From the NCBI GenBank assembly GCA_036172245.1, contig JAYWIR010000012.1, positions 558,001 to 622,000 on the forward strand: 64,000 bases of DNA, given 5' to 3'. Positions 23,151-34,500 of this stretch are shown here, piece by piece (within the stretch, counting starts at the first letter, position 1; each line of letters starts with the position of its first letter). Below the pieces are notes generated by a model that did no database searches, was not told the origin of the DNA, and was given only the letters and a program-made list of their open reading frames with translations. The stretch is from Raillietiella orientalis. Its lineage: Eukaryota. Both the position numbers and the translations under genes were made by a program.

Positions 23151-24249
23151 CCTGAGCTTCCCCTCACATTGCTCTGCATCAACCAGTCTTGTTGCTTCTT
23201 CGTTGGACTCGGACTTTGACTTCGTTCTTTCGTTTCCGTTTCATTTTCAGCGAAACCAACCTTTGTATTCGGACATTCTTCCGCTTTCCCTTTCAGAAAG
23301 TCGGTGCAGCGAAAAGAAGATTCAACGCTCTCCCGAGGGAATGGGAAGATGAGTAGATCGGTTGCAGACGGTCGTCTACTGCAGGGAAATGCGTGCAAGC
23401 AACGGGTTGGCTGTCGGACTTGCCCCCGAACCGAATCCGAACTTTTCCCTGCTCGCAACTTCCAGAAGTCGCTCCGGATGCTCCCCGCTGCAGAAAGCAG
23501 TTTTCCCCACGCTACGGTCCTCCATTAGATCTCATTCCTTTTTCGAACAGATTCCCAATTTGTGATACTTCGGTTCCAGTAAACCGGATGCAAGGCAGCC
23601 GGCTCGGACGGCACGTGCCTCTCACAGGGGGCATACTATTGGAACGGCGGCAGGCCTGCAGGATTCTGCGCCCTTGGCCTTGAATTTTGCTGCATAAGTA
23701 ACTTCATGGCGGACTGGCGGGAGAAAGAGAGGCTGAATCTTCCCGTAACCCTCTGCTGCGGGTCCCGTGCGACGATCAACAACACGAGCTTCCAACCCAC
23801 AGAATCCGTCCTGCAAGATGGAGGGGCCTGCGAGATGAGGGTGTTTCCCAGACCTGCGTCTGTCTGGCAGATTCGGTAGCTATGTGCACCAATCACTGTC
23901 ACTCCTTTAACAGAAACTGCGACCCACGATTTGCTTTAGTCGTTTTCTTTTGCTGCTCACGGAGCATCCGACTGGACGCTGGCACGAGGCATCCGTGACC
24001 TCCTCCGGCGTGTCCAACCGGGTTCCCCGTGCGCAGCAAGAGAGAATGGAAGCAATGCGTCTTGGTTTCCTGGAAAGGGAAGAGGGGGAGAGGGAGGACT
24101 GGATGTTTCTGTGAGATCCCTGGGGAGCTGATGTCCCGAACCGTTTCCATCGTCCGATCTCTTGTGCGCGCCTCACCGCCAGCTCTCCTTCCTCATCTTC
24201 CTTGCATTGGTACTGTCGCCAAAGCTCCCGCTCTAGAAACGCAATGCTT

Positions 24250-24715
24250 GGGAAAAGATTTTTCTCCTCCGAAGAAAACCCGGAAAGGATTCGCTAGTAG
24301 GAATTTCTTCTCTGGAGGGATCCCGCGAGGGGACCTCTCCCGTTTACTCCTCTGAAGAGAACCTTGAAGGGACGCTTCCGAAATTCAGAAGGGCGCTGCT
24401 TCACCGAAGGAATCGGCTCTCTTCTTTGCATCAGTACGACGCAGAGAGATCCCCCACACTGGGAAGTCCGCGCTTTTGCCCAACCGGAGAGGGAACTCCC
24501 TACTCCTCGATTCCTGGAACGATCCGGAGTTCGACTCCCATTGTCCCGGTCCTCATCGGAGGCATCTGGTTTGAACTCCTACCTGCGCCGCACTCAGGTG
24601 AATAGAGACCAACCAGCGTCATCCTGCGGGAGGAACTCGACCCATCAACTCAGGGTGCCGCATGCGGAAACCGCGGCCACACGGCCACCAACGCGGCCAA
24701 CCCGCGGAGGGTGTC
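24250..24715 (-). mobile_element. SINE family copy 5 (internal deletion over the B box)
   Basis: CCAACCAGCGTCATCCTGCGGGAGGAACTC block and CTCTGAAGAGA/GGGCGC modules shared with other copies. Confidence 0.65.
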
Positions 24716-25664
24716 ACAGCAGCTCAAAGAAGCCACTGTGGACACGTGCCATGGAGACTTTCTCACGGACGGGCAGCACGGTAGAGCTGTGTGTCGCGTG
24801 GATTCCCCTAAATCCACGGTGGGGATTCCGTTCCGGACAAAGAAAGAGATGCATCACCGTGATCTCGTGCGGACACCAGAGATTCTCTTGTGATGCACGG
24901 CGTGGTGACTCTGCAGAAGTCAGCGGAGTCTTCCGAATGAGCTCGGTGCCTTCATCTTTGGCGTAGCCAGTCCCAGAAGCTGGTGTGCCGTCGTCACAGA
25001 CGTCAGATCGTTTTCCATCTTGCCTTCCCGGAAGCGCGTGAAGTCGATTCCCGGCTCGAGAAGGCCGGAACAGAGGTGCAGAACCTAGAAGGAAGTGGAG
25101 CAAGGAAACGCCTTCGGGAAGAACACATCCAGCTGCCCCGTCAAGGCGTCTCTGCGTGAGGCTAGGCGCGGAATGGAAAGGATGACCTTTGGTAGATGTC
25201 GGAACCGAAGAAGATGCAATTCATCCCCTAAGAGGGATGCGCCGTGGAGAGGCTTAACCACAAGAAGCGTTTCGCCCGTGAAGATGGAAAGCGGCGGCAG
25301 GGATTGGAAGGGTGGCGCAGTTTGGCACCACCGACAGTACACTCCATGGTACGAAGTCTGCGAAGATCCAGAGATTCTCTCTTCTTGCCTTTCCAACTAA
25401 CTCTTTCCACGCAGCTTCCTGAAAGAGCTTTGACATTAGAGGAGGTCGAAGGCGAACTCTCTCGAAACTCAATTTTTGCGCACGGTGATTGAAACCGTGG
25501 GACAGGAGGAGAAGGAGGAGGAGGGTTGAAAGCAATCCAAAGTCGGAATCCAAAATTTCCAGCAAGGGAAGGCGGAAGCGTGAAAAGAACGACTGCAGTG
25601 CGCACCTCAACTTCCGGTCCGGAGATTCAACGCAGCAACTACGCTGAAGTTTCTTACTTGCAGG

Positions 25665-26060
25665 CAGCACCCGGAGTGGCTCAGTCGGCGGCCGTATGGC
25701 CTCGGTCTCTGCGCGCATGGCGTCAAGAGTTGCGGTTTCGAATCCCCACGTCAAAGATCGGCGCCAGAGAAATACGCGTATCGTGGAAAGACGACGCTGG
25801 GTGGCCCATTCGGGTGCTGCACTGGTGGAAGCCGGATGACCCTGTTGAGTGGCCGGGATCGGAAGTCGACCCTCCGTGGTCCTTTCAAGACACCAACGAG
25901 TCCTTCGGGGTTCCCTTCATGTGAAAATGTCGCCGTCTTCCCTTCGGAAGGATCCTCCATCGAGTGCCATATCGACCTCCTCGGAGGGTTGAGAAGAGCT
26001 CTGCTCCCTTCGGAGAGCGCCTTTCGGAGAAATTCATGAGCCCCTTGAGGGAAGAACGGC
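25665..26060 (+). mobile_element. tRNA-derived SINE family copy 6
   Basis: A box TGGCTCAGTCGG (25677-25688), B-box-like GGTTTCGAATCC (25734-25745), then GACGCTGG and TGGCCGGGAT blocks. Confidence 0.75.
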
Positions 26061-26099
26061 CTCTTCGTCCCGAATGAAACGTTTGGAAGCCAACAGGAG

Positions 26100-26700
26100 A
26101 ACCGTACGGCAACGTGAGAATGTCGAAGCTGAAGTCCACCCTCACATCCCTGAGGAGCTGCTTGCAGCAGCCGTTCTGAAGATGAGCTATCGAAAGCCGT
26201 GCAGCGGCAACGGGGGTGCATTAGAGAGGCGACGGTGTTTCCGGACTCATAGGGCAGACACACAGGAGCGCCAGGATGTATTCCATGGCATCCGACCGCT
26301 GCCTCATCTCGGCCGGATCCCTCTTGCGGGCCGAAACGCCATGCACTCCTTCGTGCGGGTGGACGTTTCTCGAGAGAGCGCGCAGCGTGCCCGCTGGCCA
26401 CACGGGGAGCGTGAAGAAGACGAGTTCGTATCTGCGCGCGCGTGGAATTTCTTGTGCACTCGTGGGTATGGTTGCCTCCCTCTCGGAGTCGTGCTAGTCG
26501 GGGCGCCAGCGTCCTCTTCGCGCTTCCTGCCAGGTGCCCGTGGGCCTTTCGAACTTCCGGCGTCAACGACGCCGCACGATCCACAGCAGTTTGATCACTC
26601 GTGCAGTTGCGCGGAAGATTCGGTCCAACCGGCCATCGCTGGTGCGGAGCTTCCATCGTTGGCACGGTCACCTGGGATTCACGGTGCCCTCCATCGGTCG
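26100..26700 (+). pseudogene. Decayed non-LTR RT N-terminal fragment
   Basis: IPEELLAAAVLKMSYRKPCSGNGG resembles I..EE...A...M...KA.G.DG. Confidence 0.3.
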
Positions 26701-27726
26701 CGTGCGAAGAAGAGTCCTTCGACCAGTTCGTGAGTCCATGCGGCGTTGAGTTTTCTTCACTCTGCAGTTGGTCGCCGTTGGTGCTCTCTCCAGAAGTCGA
26801 ACTTTTGGAGCCCACGAAGACAAGTTGTTTGCCCATTAACCTCCGCGACTTGCGAGTTTCACTGCCGAGAGCATCCCGCTGATGAGAGGAGCACCGACGC
26901 TGGCCAGAGGGTGACCGCTATTCTGAAATCGATCAACCTTTTCCAAGACAAGGGATGTTTCGTCAAGCGAAGACGATTTTTCAACCCTTGAAAGAAAAAG
27001 CTCTCGACGACAGGTTTTGCCCTTGTTAAGGATGGTTTGGAAACTCACCAGGACACAGCCTCGCCACGGTTGCTGGCACCTCCACCCCGAAGGGTGTTTG
27101 CTTCCTCCCAGGGGTTGAATTCTCTGTTCTTCCCGCCAGAAGAGAATTTCGACGGAGATTGGCCGCTTTCGAGGACGGGGTAGACTGAAGACTTCCGTGC
27201 TGGTGCTGGTCTCAAGAGCACCGTTTCCGGAGTTTCCAAGATTCGCACTAAGGAAGGTCGCTCTTGTCAGCAGCGTTTCTGGAATCGTGGGAGCTGAAGC
27301 GCCATGAAGGGGGTGGAACGAAGCCTCACAGTCGGTAAGCAGCAGCCAACCACTTCAACGGCGTCGGCACTGGCTCTAGGAACGCATTCGCATCTGCAGA
27401 AATCCTCTCTCTTCCACAGGCACCGAAATCCTGGAGTGCACCGGGACAGTTCGCGAAACATGCGAAGCAGGAACGAGGAGGAAACGGCACGAAAAGCGCC
27501 CAGGAGGGGAATCCTGGCCATGCTCCAGTCTCCTACACTATTCCAGTCCTGCTACATCCGACGCAGAACGTTCACTGATGGCGCTGAGCAAATTGAGGAG
27601 CAGCGAAACGTCTGCACCGCCCGCTTGTCGTCGACGCCACGTCGAGACTTCCAGCGACTCTCGTTAGCGGGAGAGAACTCATACAGGAACGCGTGGCTTA
27701 CAGGGAGCGTGGAAGGAAAGACAGGC

Positions 27727-27845
27727 GTTCACGGCCATGACACGCTGAAAGCACCGCCTCTCATTCGATCGGCGAAGTTAAACAACGTCGGGTCCGGTTA
27801 GTACTTGGATGGGCGACCGCGTGGGAACCCCGGGTGCTATGGATG
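27727..27845 (+). rRNA. 5S rRNA-like sequence (solitary; variant gene, pseudogene or SINE3 head)
   Basis: GTTCACGGCCATGACACGCTGAAAGCACCGCCTCTCATTCGATCGGCGAAGTTAAACAACGTCGGGTCCGGTTAGTACTTGGATGGGCGACCGCGTGGGAACCCCGGGTGCTATGGAT is colinear with animal 5S rRNA over about 119 nt, including the internal control region; TTTT at 27853-27856. Confidence 0.88.
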
Positions 27846-28459
27846 GGTTCTCTTTTGGGTGTGGGGAGCGTCCTGGTCTCTCCAGAGAGTGAGGAAGGTT
27901 CCTGAAATGCACCTCCAAACTCTCGCTTCTTGTTGCTGCCGTCCGGCTCGTGTTTGCGCTTGCGTCCAGGTCTTTCGATGCCCGCCATCCGCGCGTTCCC
28001 TTCAGGCACCTTTGACTGCCTGAACTTCTTCAGGCAGCCTTCCGTGGCTGCCACTATTCGGACGAGGTCTTCGCCTCCCAAGATCGTGCTGGATGCCTCT
28101 TGAGGTCGGCCTCGTGTTCATGTTGCCTGGAGACGCCCAACTAATCGGCGCAGTCGAGAGCCGAAGCCTTGGTTTCTAAAGGACGCGCGCCCCCACAACC
28201 CTTCGACTATCCACAATCAGTTGATTCGCAATTATCGGTCTGGGGAGTTGCGAATGCCACTCAATTCGCAACTCCCCAAACCGGAAATGGAGTTTGACCC
28301 TGCACAGGAGATGCCGGTGCAGAAGTCGCTACCAGAAAGAGAAGCTTTGAAGAGAGGCAGCTGGTGGCGCATACATGGCGGCGAACCGTCTCCTTTGGGA
28401 GTGGTCACTGATCGGCGACGCGCGAGGGAGATGAACTACCGGCTGGAGCTCCCCAACCG

Positions 28460-29450
28460 TTAAAATTCGTGGGCTGAGGAGCATGCGTCCCTTGGGAATG
28501 CTTTCATTGTGTCCACGGCCATACCGTGGAGCTTTGCCCGCGTTTCCAGGCAACCTGCAAACCTCTCGAGATTGAACTTTTTCAGTTCTTCCTCTATAAA
28601 GGCGGATGGAGCATTGAATGGAGGGCCTCCCCTGTTTGAGGAACACTCGAGTTTCTGTGGAGAAGTGGAGAGGTCGCGTGGAGCTACTGAAAAACCTCTG
28701 CGAGAATTATTGTCCAGCGGTTCCTCCGGCACTTCAAGAGGAAGAGGGAACCGTTGATGATGCACGAACATCTTTCGCGCTGGCTCTTTCCCGGTATCTT
28801 GCCAGCCACAGCATGCATCCTTGCCTGCTTCCCTCGCTCTGCACTCCCTCTGGCACATCAGCGGGTCGCTCGAGGACGAGAAGAAGCGCGCAGTCGCAGA
28901 ATCTCTGCCCCCTTCGACCTGGCTGTGTTCCAGCAGACGCACCGGATCTCCCCGCAGAAAGCAGAGGACATCGAGAGAGGTGAGGGTAAAGCTGAGTTGG
29001 ATGGCTGGCACCGCCAACTCTGCTCACTGCGTGACCTTGGAGCCGACCGTGCAGTGGACTGTGAGCGTATCGATGAGGATGGTCTAGTAGAGGGTGGCCT
29101 CTTCTTCCGTCCAACTCCGTCGACCTCCTCGATACTTATGCGCACATGCCAAGAGAATTTCCTTGCTACGGCGGCTGGATGCAGTTTTTCTGCGACCTCG
29201 GTCGGCGCAGGTGGCTGAACTCCGCGAGCGCCGGATTTGCTCACCGTTGAGGGCGACTTCGACACTGTTGTGCCCTGGGCTGCATTCCAGGGAATGCTCC
29301 CTGAAGATCTTCATCTCTTTAGACATCTGTTGCCACGACCATTAAAAGTGGTGATGCAGGACGGGGTGAAGTGGTCGACTCTGGTCACCATACCTCTCGC
29401 TGCAGCTCTGTTTGCCCTGCAAGAAGACAGTAGCTTAGCGGCGAGGTGGT
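28460..29450 (-). pseudogene. Possible decayed Gypsy-type integrase remnant
   Basis: W..MSKEM.IF....LEC, KLHP.....SW.V.I, SSNRGGPPFNA (cf. SDNGPPF) and GMAVDTMK appear in integrase order, across frames. Confidence 0.3.
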
Positions 29451-29539
29451 AGTTTTCTTGCACTATCGCGGGAAGCACAAAACTCCTTGATGGCTGAAAG
29501 ACGCGCGAGCTGGTGAACGCTGCCACACAGCGTGCAGTG

Positions 29540-30861
29540 GTGACGGGACTCCTTCAGTGGGGAGAACTTTTGAAGGGGAAGGATGCTCCGTGCTGGAAGC
29601 GCGCGCGAGAGCCCGCCGCCGTGAGCGATTGAGCCGCCCGGTGCGCCGACGCGCGCTTCAAGGACCTCGAGTGAGTCGCGGCGGGGTCGCGGAAACGGGA
29701 ATTCTCCTCTATGAGGGGAAGGGAGTCCTTGCGGAGCTCGCGTTGCGGCTGCGGCGGCCGAGATGCTCGTGCGGAAGAGCGCCGCTCTCTCCCGATCGCG
29801 CTCGCGAGCGGTGAGGCGCGCACCTTTTCCCCAATCGCCGGCGAACTTTTGAGTGTTAACCCTGAAGAATCTGTGATCTCTCTCTGTTGTGTAGACAGTT
29901 CGTTGTTCCCTCTTGCCTGGAAGCAGGACGTACTGCTCTTCATCCACTGGGGTTTTCAGTGTAACGAGCGACGGCATCGACTCTCCGGGGGGGCTTGCAT
30001 CTCCGAACTGTGCGGGTCGACGGAGTCCATCCGCACCTGCTTTTGGAATGCGATGCCCTCCAAGAACTGTGGCAGAGGCTGACAGCAGCAGTCCTGCACC
30101 GGGAGGACACCGTCCGAGACGTGTTGCGGCGGTTCTTCGCTCCGAGGGGCCTCTCAACGGGTGCTAAATTGGCAACCATGGGTTTCATCCGTGTCAGTGT
30201 TTTCATATGGGATCGTCACACCGATGATGAGGACACGCTGTCCATCGGAAGCCATCAGGTCTGAGGAGAGGACACTGTTAATTTCGCGATCTGAACGCTC
30301 GATTGCCAGCAGTGAGCATTTATTACGAGTGTTCGCCTCAAGGATGCTCAACTCCGCATTGTGTCTGTCCACTATCTCGTGTCCAGATGCCTCTTGCAAT
30401 GGCAAAGTGCATGCATGTCTCCTTTGGATATGGGTGGTGTTGCCCCACCCTGGGAGTTTAATATTGCCGTTCAGTGTCACCTGAAAGAGAAAGCCAAGGA
30501 GATCACCGGCATCCATCGCCGGTTAATGGACTGTTTGAAGCAGCGGACCCGGTGATCCTTGTCCGCTCACCCCTTTATTTTATTCAATTTTTCTAATCCC
30601 CCGTCCCCGTTCGCTCGTTACTGTTTTGGTGCTTTCTTTCTTTTTATCCCGGTGAATATGGAGCGACGCCAAAGATCCCTGCCCTTCTCACCCACCTTGT
30701 TTTTTGTTGTCCCCTTGTCCCTCACCCGTTCCGAGCTTTCCGTTTTCTCGGCCTGCGTGCCGGTGGATCCTCCCCTACTCTTCTTGTAGTCGTCGGCTGG
30801 GAACAAAAGTTCCCAAGTTGTTTATTCTCAATAAACGCCCCAGCGTGACCGGGTGAAAAAA
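29540..30861 (+). mobile_element. Tx1-like LINE family A, 5'-truncated 3' fragment
   Basis: FPLAWKQDVLLFIHWGFQC and HLLLEC; 3' UTR hairpins; AATAAA(30830)CGCCCCAGCGTGACCGGGTGAAAAAA. Confidence 0.8.
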
Positions 30862-31596
30862 TTCAACGCTGCGATGTCGTTAGCGCGTTGGCGAAATTCA
30901 TCACCGTTCATTCAATGTGGAGGAGGCCGAATCCTTTAAAGGATTCTCTCTATGGCCACTTAGGGCACTCTACGACTCGGATTACGGTGCCGAGCCGTCG
31001 GTTACTGCCTGCGCAGCTGCAAGTGAACGGCAGGGTCATTCACATGTGGTTCGCAAGCAGACCGCGCGCGTGCCTGCAATGCGGCAAAGAGGGGTGTCGA
31101 CCATGGAAATGTCCCTCCCCGAAATGCCGCTATTGCAAGGAAGCTGTGTACGGACTGAGGAAGTTGCAAAAAAAAAAAAAGGAACTACTTTTTGTGCCGC
31201 GATCTCTTTGGCGCGGCACAAAAAATACCCCTGCCCAAAATACGGACAGAAGCACAGTGAAAAAGCGGAGGGGAATGCAGAAGAACTCCAGGCGTCCTAG
31301 CCCGCGAAGCCCTGAGTGCCCGATCTCTCGGCAGGGAAGCCGCAGGAGAACGTGCGCGGGAACTCCGCGCGTCCCGCGGGACCGCGGTCGGGCTCGTTGA
31401 AACCAGACCGACCGGCGGTCACAGCGAAAGTGAGACAAAGTAATCGCGCTAGCGCGAAATCCGCTTCTCCCTCGCCTCCAGCAGCTAGTAAGCTAAAAAA
31501 GAAAAAAAAAAAACCAAGACAAAAGAGCGGGAAGTCCTCCGATCCAGCTTCGAAAGCAGGAAAGCGCACCGGCGTATAGGCATCCCGAGCCTCAAC
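30862..31596 (+). pseudogene. Tx1-like family A ORF1 fragment (zinc knuckles)
   Basis: VHSMWRRPNP...LPAQL...F....ACLQCGKEGCRPWKCP..KCRYCK is homologous to ORF1 at 38673. Confidence 0.8.
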
Positions 31597-34500
31597 AGTT
31601 ATCCCCAATCCGACTCGCGGTGGGGTGAATTTATTTCGCAACTGTCAGTTGTGCAGTACCACAGTGTAATACCCGCTTTCAATCTCACAAGCGCTTTTAA
31701 GTCTCGCTGACTGTCACTTACTTGTCACGTTCAGATTGTGGGAATGGGGTCACTGGGTTCTAGTGGGGATTCCACTCACTTGACAATGTTCTTCAGCCCT
31801 TTGCAGGATGTAACGGTGAGTCAAAGTAGGGATGCGTCCACAACGCCTGATTCCGATTTTCTTTTTTTATAGTCCTTTCAGAATGTCCGATGTCCACGCA
31901 TTCTTCATTCGCGTCCGCATTTTTGCCCTTCTCATCACGATGTTCCTGACGAAAAGTACGATGAAAGTGCTGAGCATTGGGTTGCATCGGGAAACGTCGG
32001 TGTCTTCTTCGAACATCCCCGCCAGGATCTCCATATTCTTCATCCTCTGTAGACCGGCCACTTGCTTCAGATTGACCTAGTCGCGGCGCAGATTCGTGCA
32101 GGTGAGTACGTGGAGTTGGGTTTCCCTGACTCCACAGACCTTGTGGATCTCGTCCTGACTGTCGCCTGACCCGTGCTTCGCCCTCGTGCCGCTCAGGATG
32201 CCTCTGTGAGAAAACATCAGGAGGTCATCTTGAGGGTCGAGTGGAAAATCGCTCGTCCTGACCGTGGTTCCAACCGCAATCAGGTTCACCCATAGTGGCT
32301 GGCGGCCACAGACAGAGCATCGCCCTCATCTGGATTCTTCTTCATTGCTTCTCAGGTGTTTCCTCTGGTGATCAGGCGCCAGCATTCGGATTCCTGATTT
32401 GTCCAGAGCTCTCGATATTTGTGGGTAAATCTTCCCATCATCTTGGTGAGACGGAACAGTTGCATTTTCTGGAGGTCGCCACTGTTGCGAACTGATCGCA
32501 GTCCTTGATGGTCATCCTTGGCCTGTGGAACATTCACTTTCTGGTGTCCCGAGGGACGCGTAGGAAGCATGGGATGATCTTCACCAGTTCGCCTCTTTAC
32601 TTCTAGGCACTATTTTGAGATGTTGGGTGTTCACCAGTGCCTGCTTGCGCTTCCAAGTCGGATCGATGCTTCCCCACTGTCCTTTGCCTATTAGGGCAGA
32701 CACCAGGCCTCTCGAATTGTTGAGCAGCTGCAAGTAGGCTCTGTGCGCCGCATAAGGCCATTCGTCCCATTTGGTGGCAAGATCCAGGATTTGTCGCACG
32801 TCCTGCAGATCCATGGATTGCTCGAGCGATTTCATCCCGGTCCCGCCCTTGTCTCGCGGTCGGCACAATAGTTTTAGCCTGACCCGCGGCTTGAACTCTT
32901 TCCAAAGTATTTTTCGCTGCAGTTGTTCCACCTCCTTGCTCGCCCGCTCCGAAGAGCACCTTGGGAAGGAGGACTCCGTTCCACACGGTTTGCCCTCTGC
33001 TTCAGACAAAAGTCGAGTCGGACGTATTTTACAGCCTTTTCTCTCCTTTTCCCTAGGATTCTTTCCACACATGTTGCGAAGCCGAGGCACGCCAATGTGG
33101 ATTCCCAGGTACTTGATTTCGTCCACTCGGAATCCTGTCTCCGTTAAGGCGGAGAGGTCCAGGATTCCGATGGACAATATCTGGGATTTCTGGGCGTTGA
33201 TCTTCAAGCCCAGACCTCTTTCCATGGACTTGACGACACCTAGGAACGCATGCTGATCCTTTTCGTCCTTCAGGAAGAAGAGGAGATCGTTCGCATACGC
33301 CAGGTGCGTCAGTCTGTCGTCGTCTAGTCTTAGTCCTCGCACACTGCCGCCACAGTGCACCAGCGACGAAACCCCTCCATGTACACCACGAACAGCATCG
33401 GACTAAGGGCATCTTCTTGGCGGATTCCCCTCTTCATCCGGATCACTGCCGTGTCTTGCCCGTTGATCCTGCAGTACTGTCCTTCGAGATTCTTCTCCAC
33501 GTAGTCGCCAAAGTATTCCGGGTAGCCCAGTTTCCTCAAAATCTTCAGCAGCATCCCATGGTCCACGGTATCGAACGCCTTCATATCCGTGCAACCCAGA
33601 ACCAGGTTGTCGCCGATGTAGCGACTGTAACCTATGGTGGCCTGGGCACACTTCACGTTGTCAGACATGCTGCGTCCAGCAGCGCGCAAGTCTGCTTTGG
33701 AGAGATGGCGGATGAGAGCTTCTTGCTCAAGCTATTGGCCCAGATCTTGGCCAACCACTTTGCGTCCGTGTCCAAGATGGAGATAAGCCGCCATTGGGTG
33801 ACCTTGGTCAGGTCTCCGGTCTTTGGCAGCAGTCTTATCCCGCTTTCGTATTACGACTCGGGAGCCTCCGTTCTTGAATGTGAAGCGTCAGCTCGTGAAA
33901 CAACCGCAGGCACGCAGGTACCACTGATAGTACGAGATGGGCACGCAATCAGGGCCTGCAGCCACATCCTTGCGGAGTTCTTCGAGTGCCTGCTTCACTT
34001 CTTCCATGGGGATTTCCTCTTCCAAGGTGTCCTGCTGTTGGCGGGTAAGTCGCTTTTGTAAGTATCGAAGGAAAACCTCCTGCTCACTCCTTGACAGATC
34101 TCGATGTCGAAAGTGGGAGGTGGAATGCTGATGGAATGCCTCCGCTATTTCTTCCGACGTCTGTCTTAGCTGGTCTCTGCGCTGGATGCTGAACACATCC
34201 GACGCCAGAATCTTCTCTTTCTGGACTCCTACTACCCCTTTGACGTTTTGGAAGACGTAGCGGCTCTCGCACGAATTCCAGAACCTGAAGCGGGAGCGAT
34301 CTTGGATGTTTTGCTCTCGGTACGCTTCCTGCCTCATCTTCCTGTACCGAAATTTCTCGTTGCAAATTACGTGAATGGTGTGCTTCAACTTGTCTGAGTC
34401 CTCGAGCCTGCGGCTGGTGGTATCCCGCAGAATTCCTGGTGACAAGAAAGCTTTTCGAACCAGGCAAGCATGCAAATGAGCGCTGCCCTGGTGCGTCCCT

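Noticed and set aside
26878..26940. CTGATGA...GAAA hammerhead-like core (also CTGATGA at 1700 and 4589)
   Set aside because: Stem II register is off and stems I/III with an NUH cleavage site could not be formed.
28221..28463. GVV......NYRLELP, similar to an integrase GPY/F tail
   Set aside because: Single weak motif, on the opposite strand to the adjacent putative integrase remnant.
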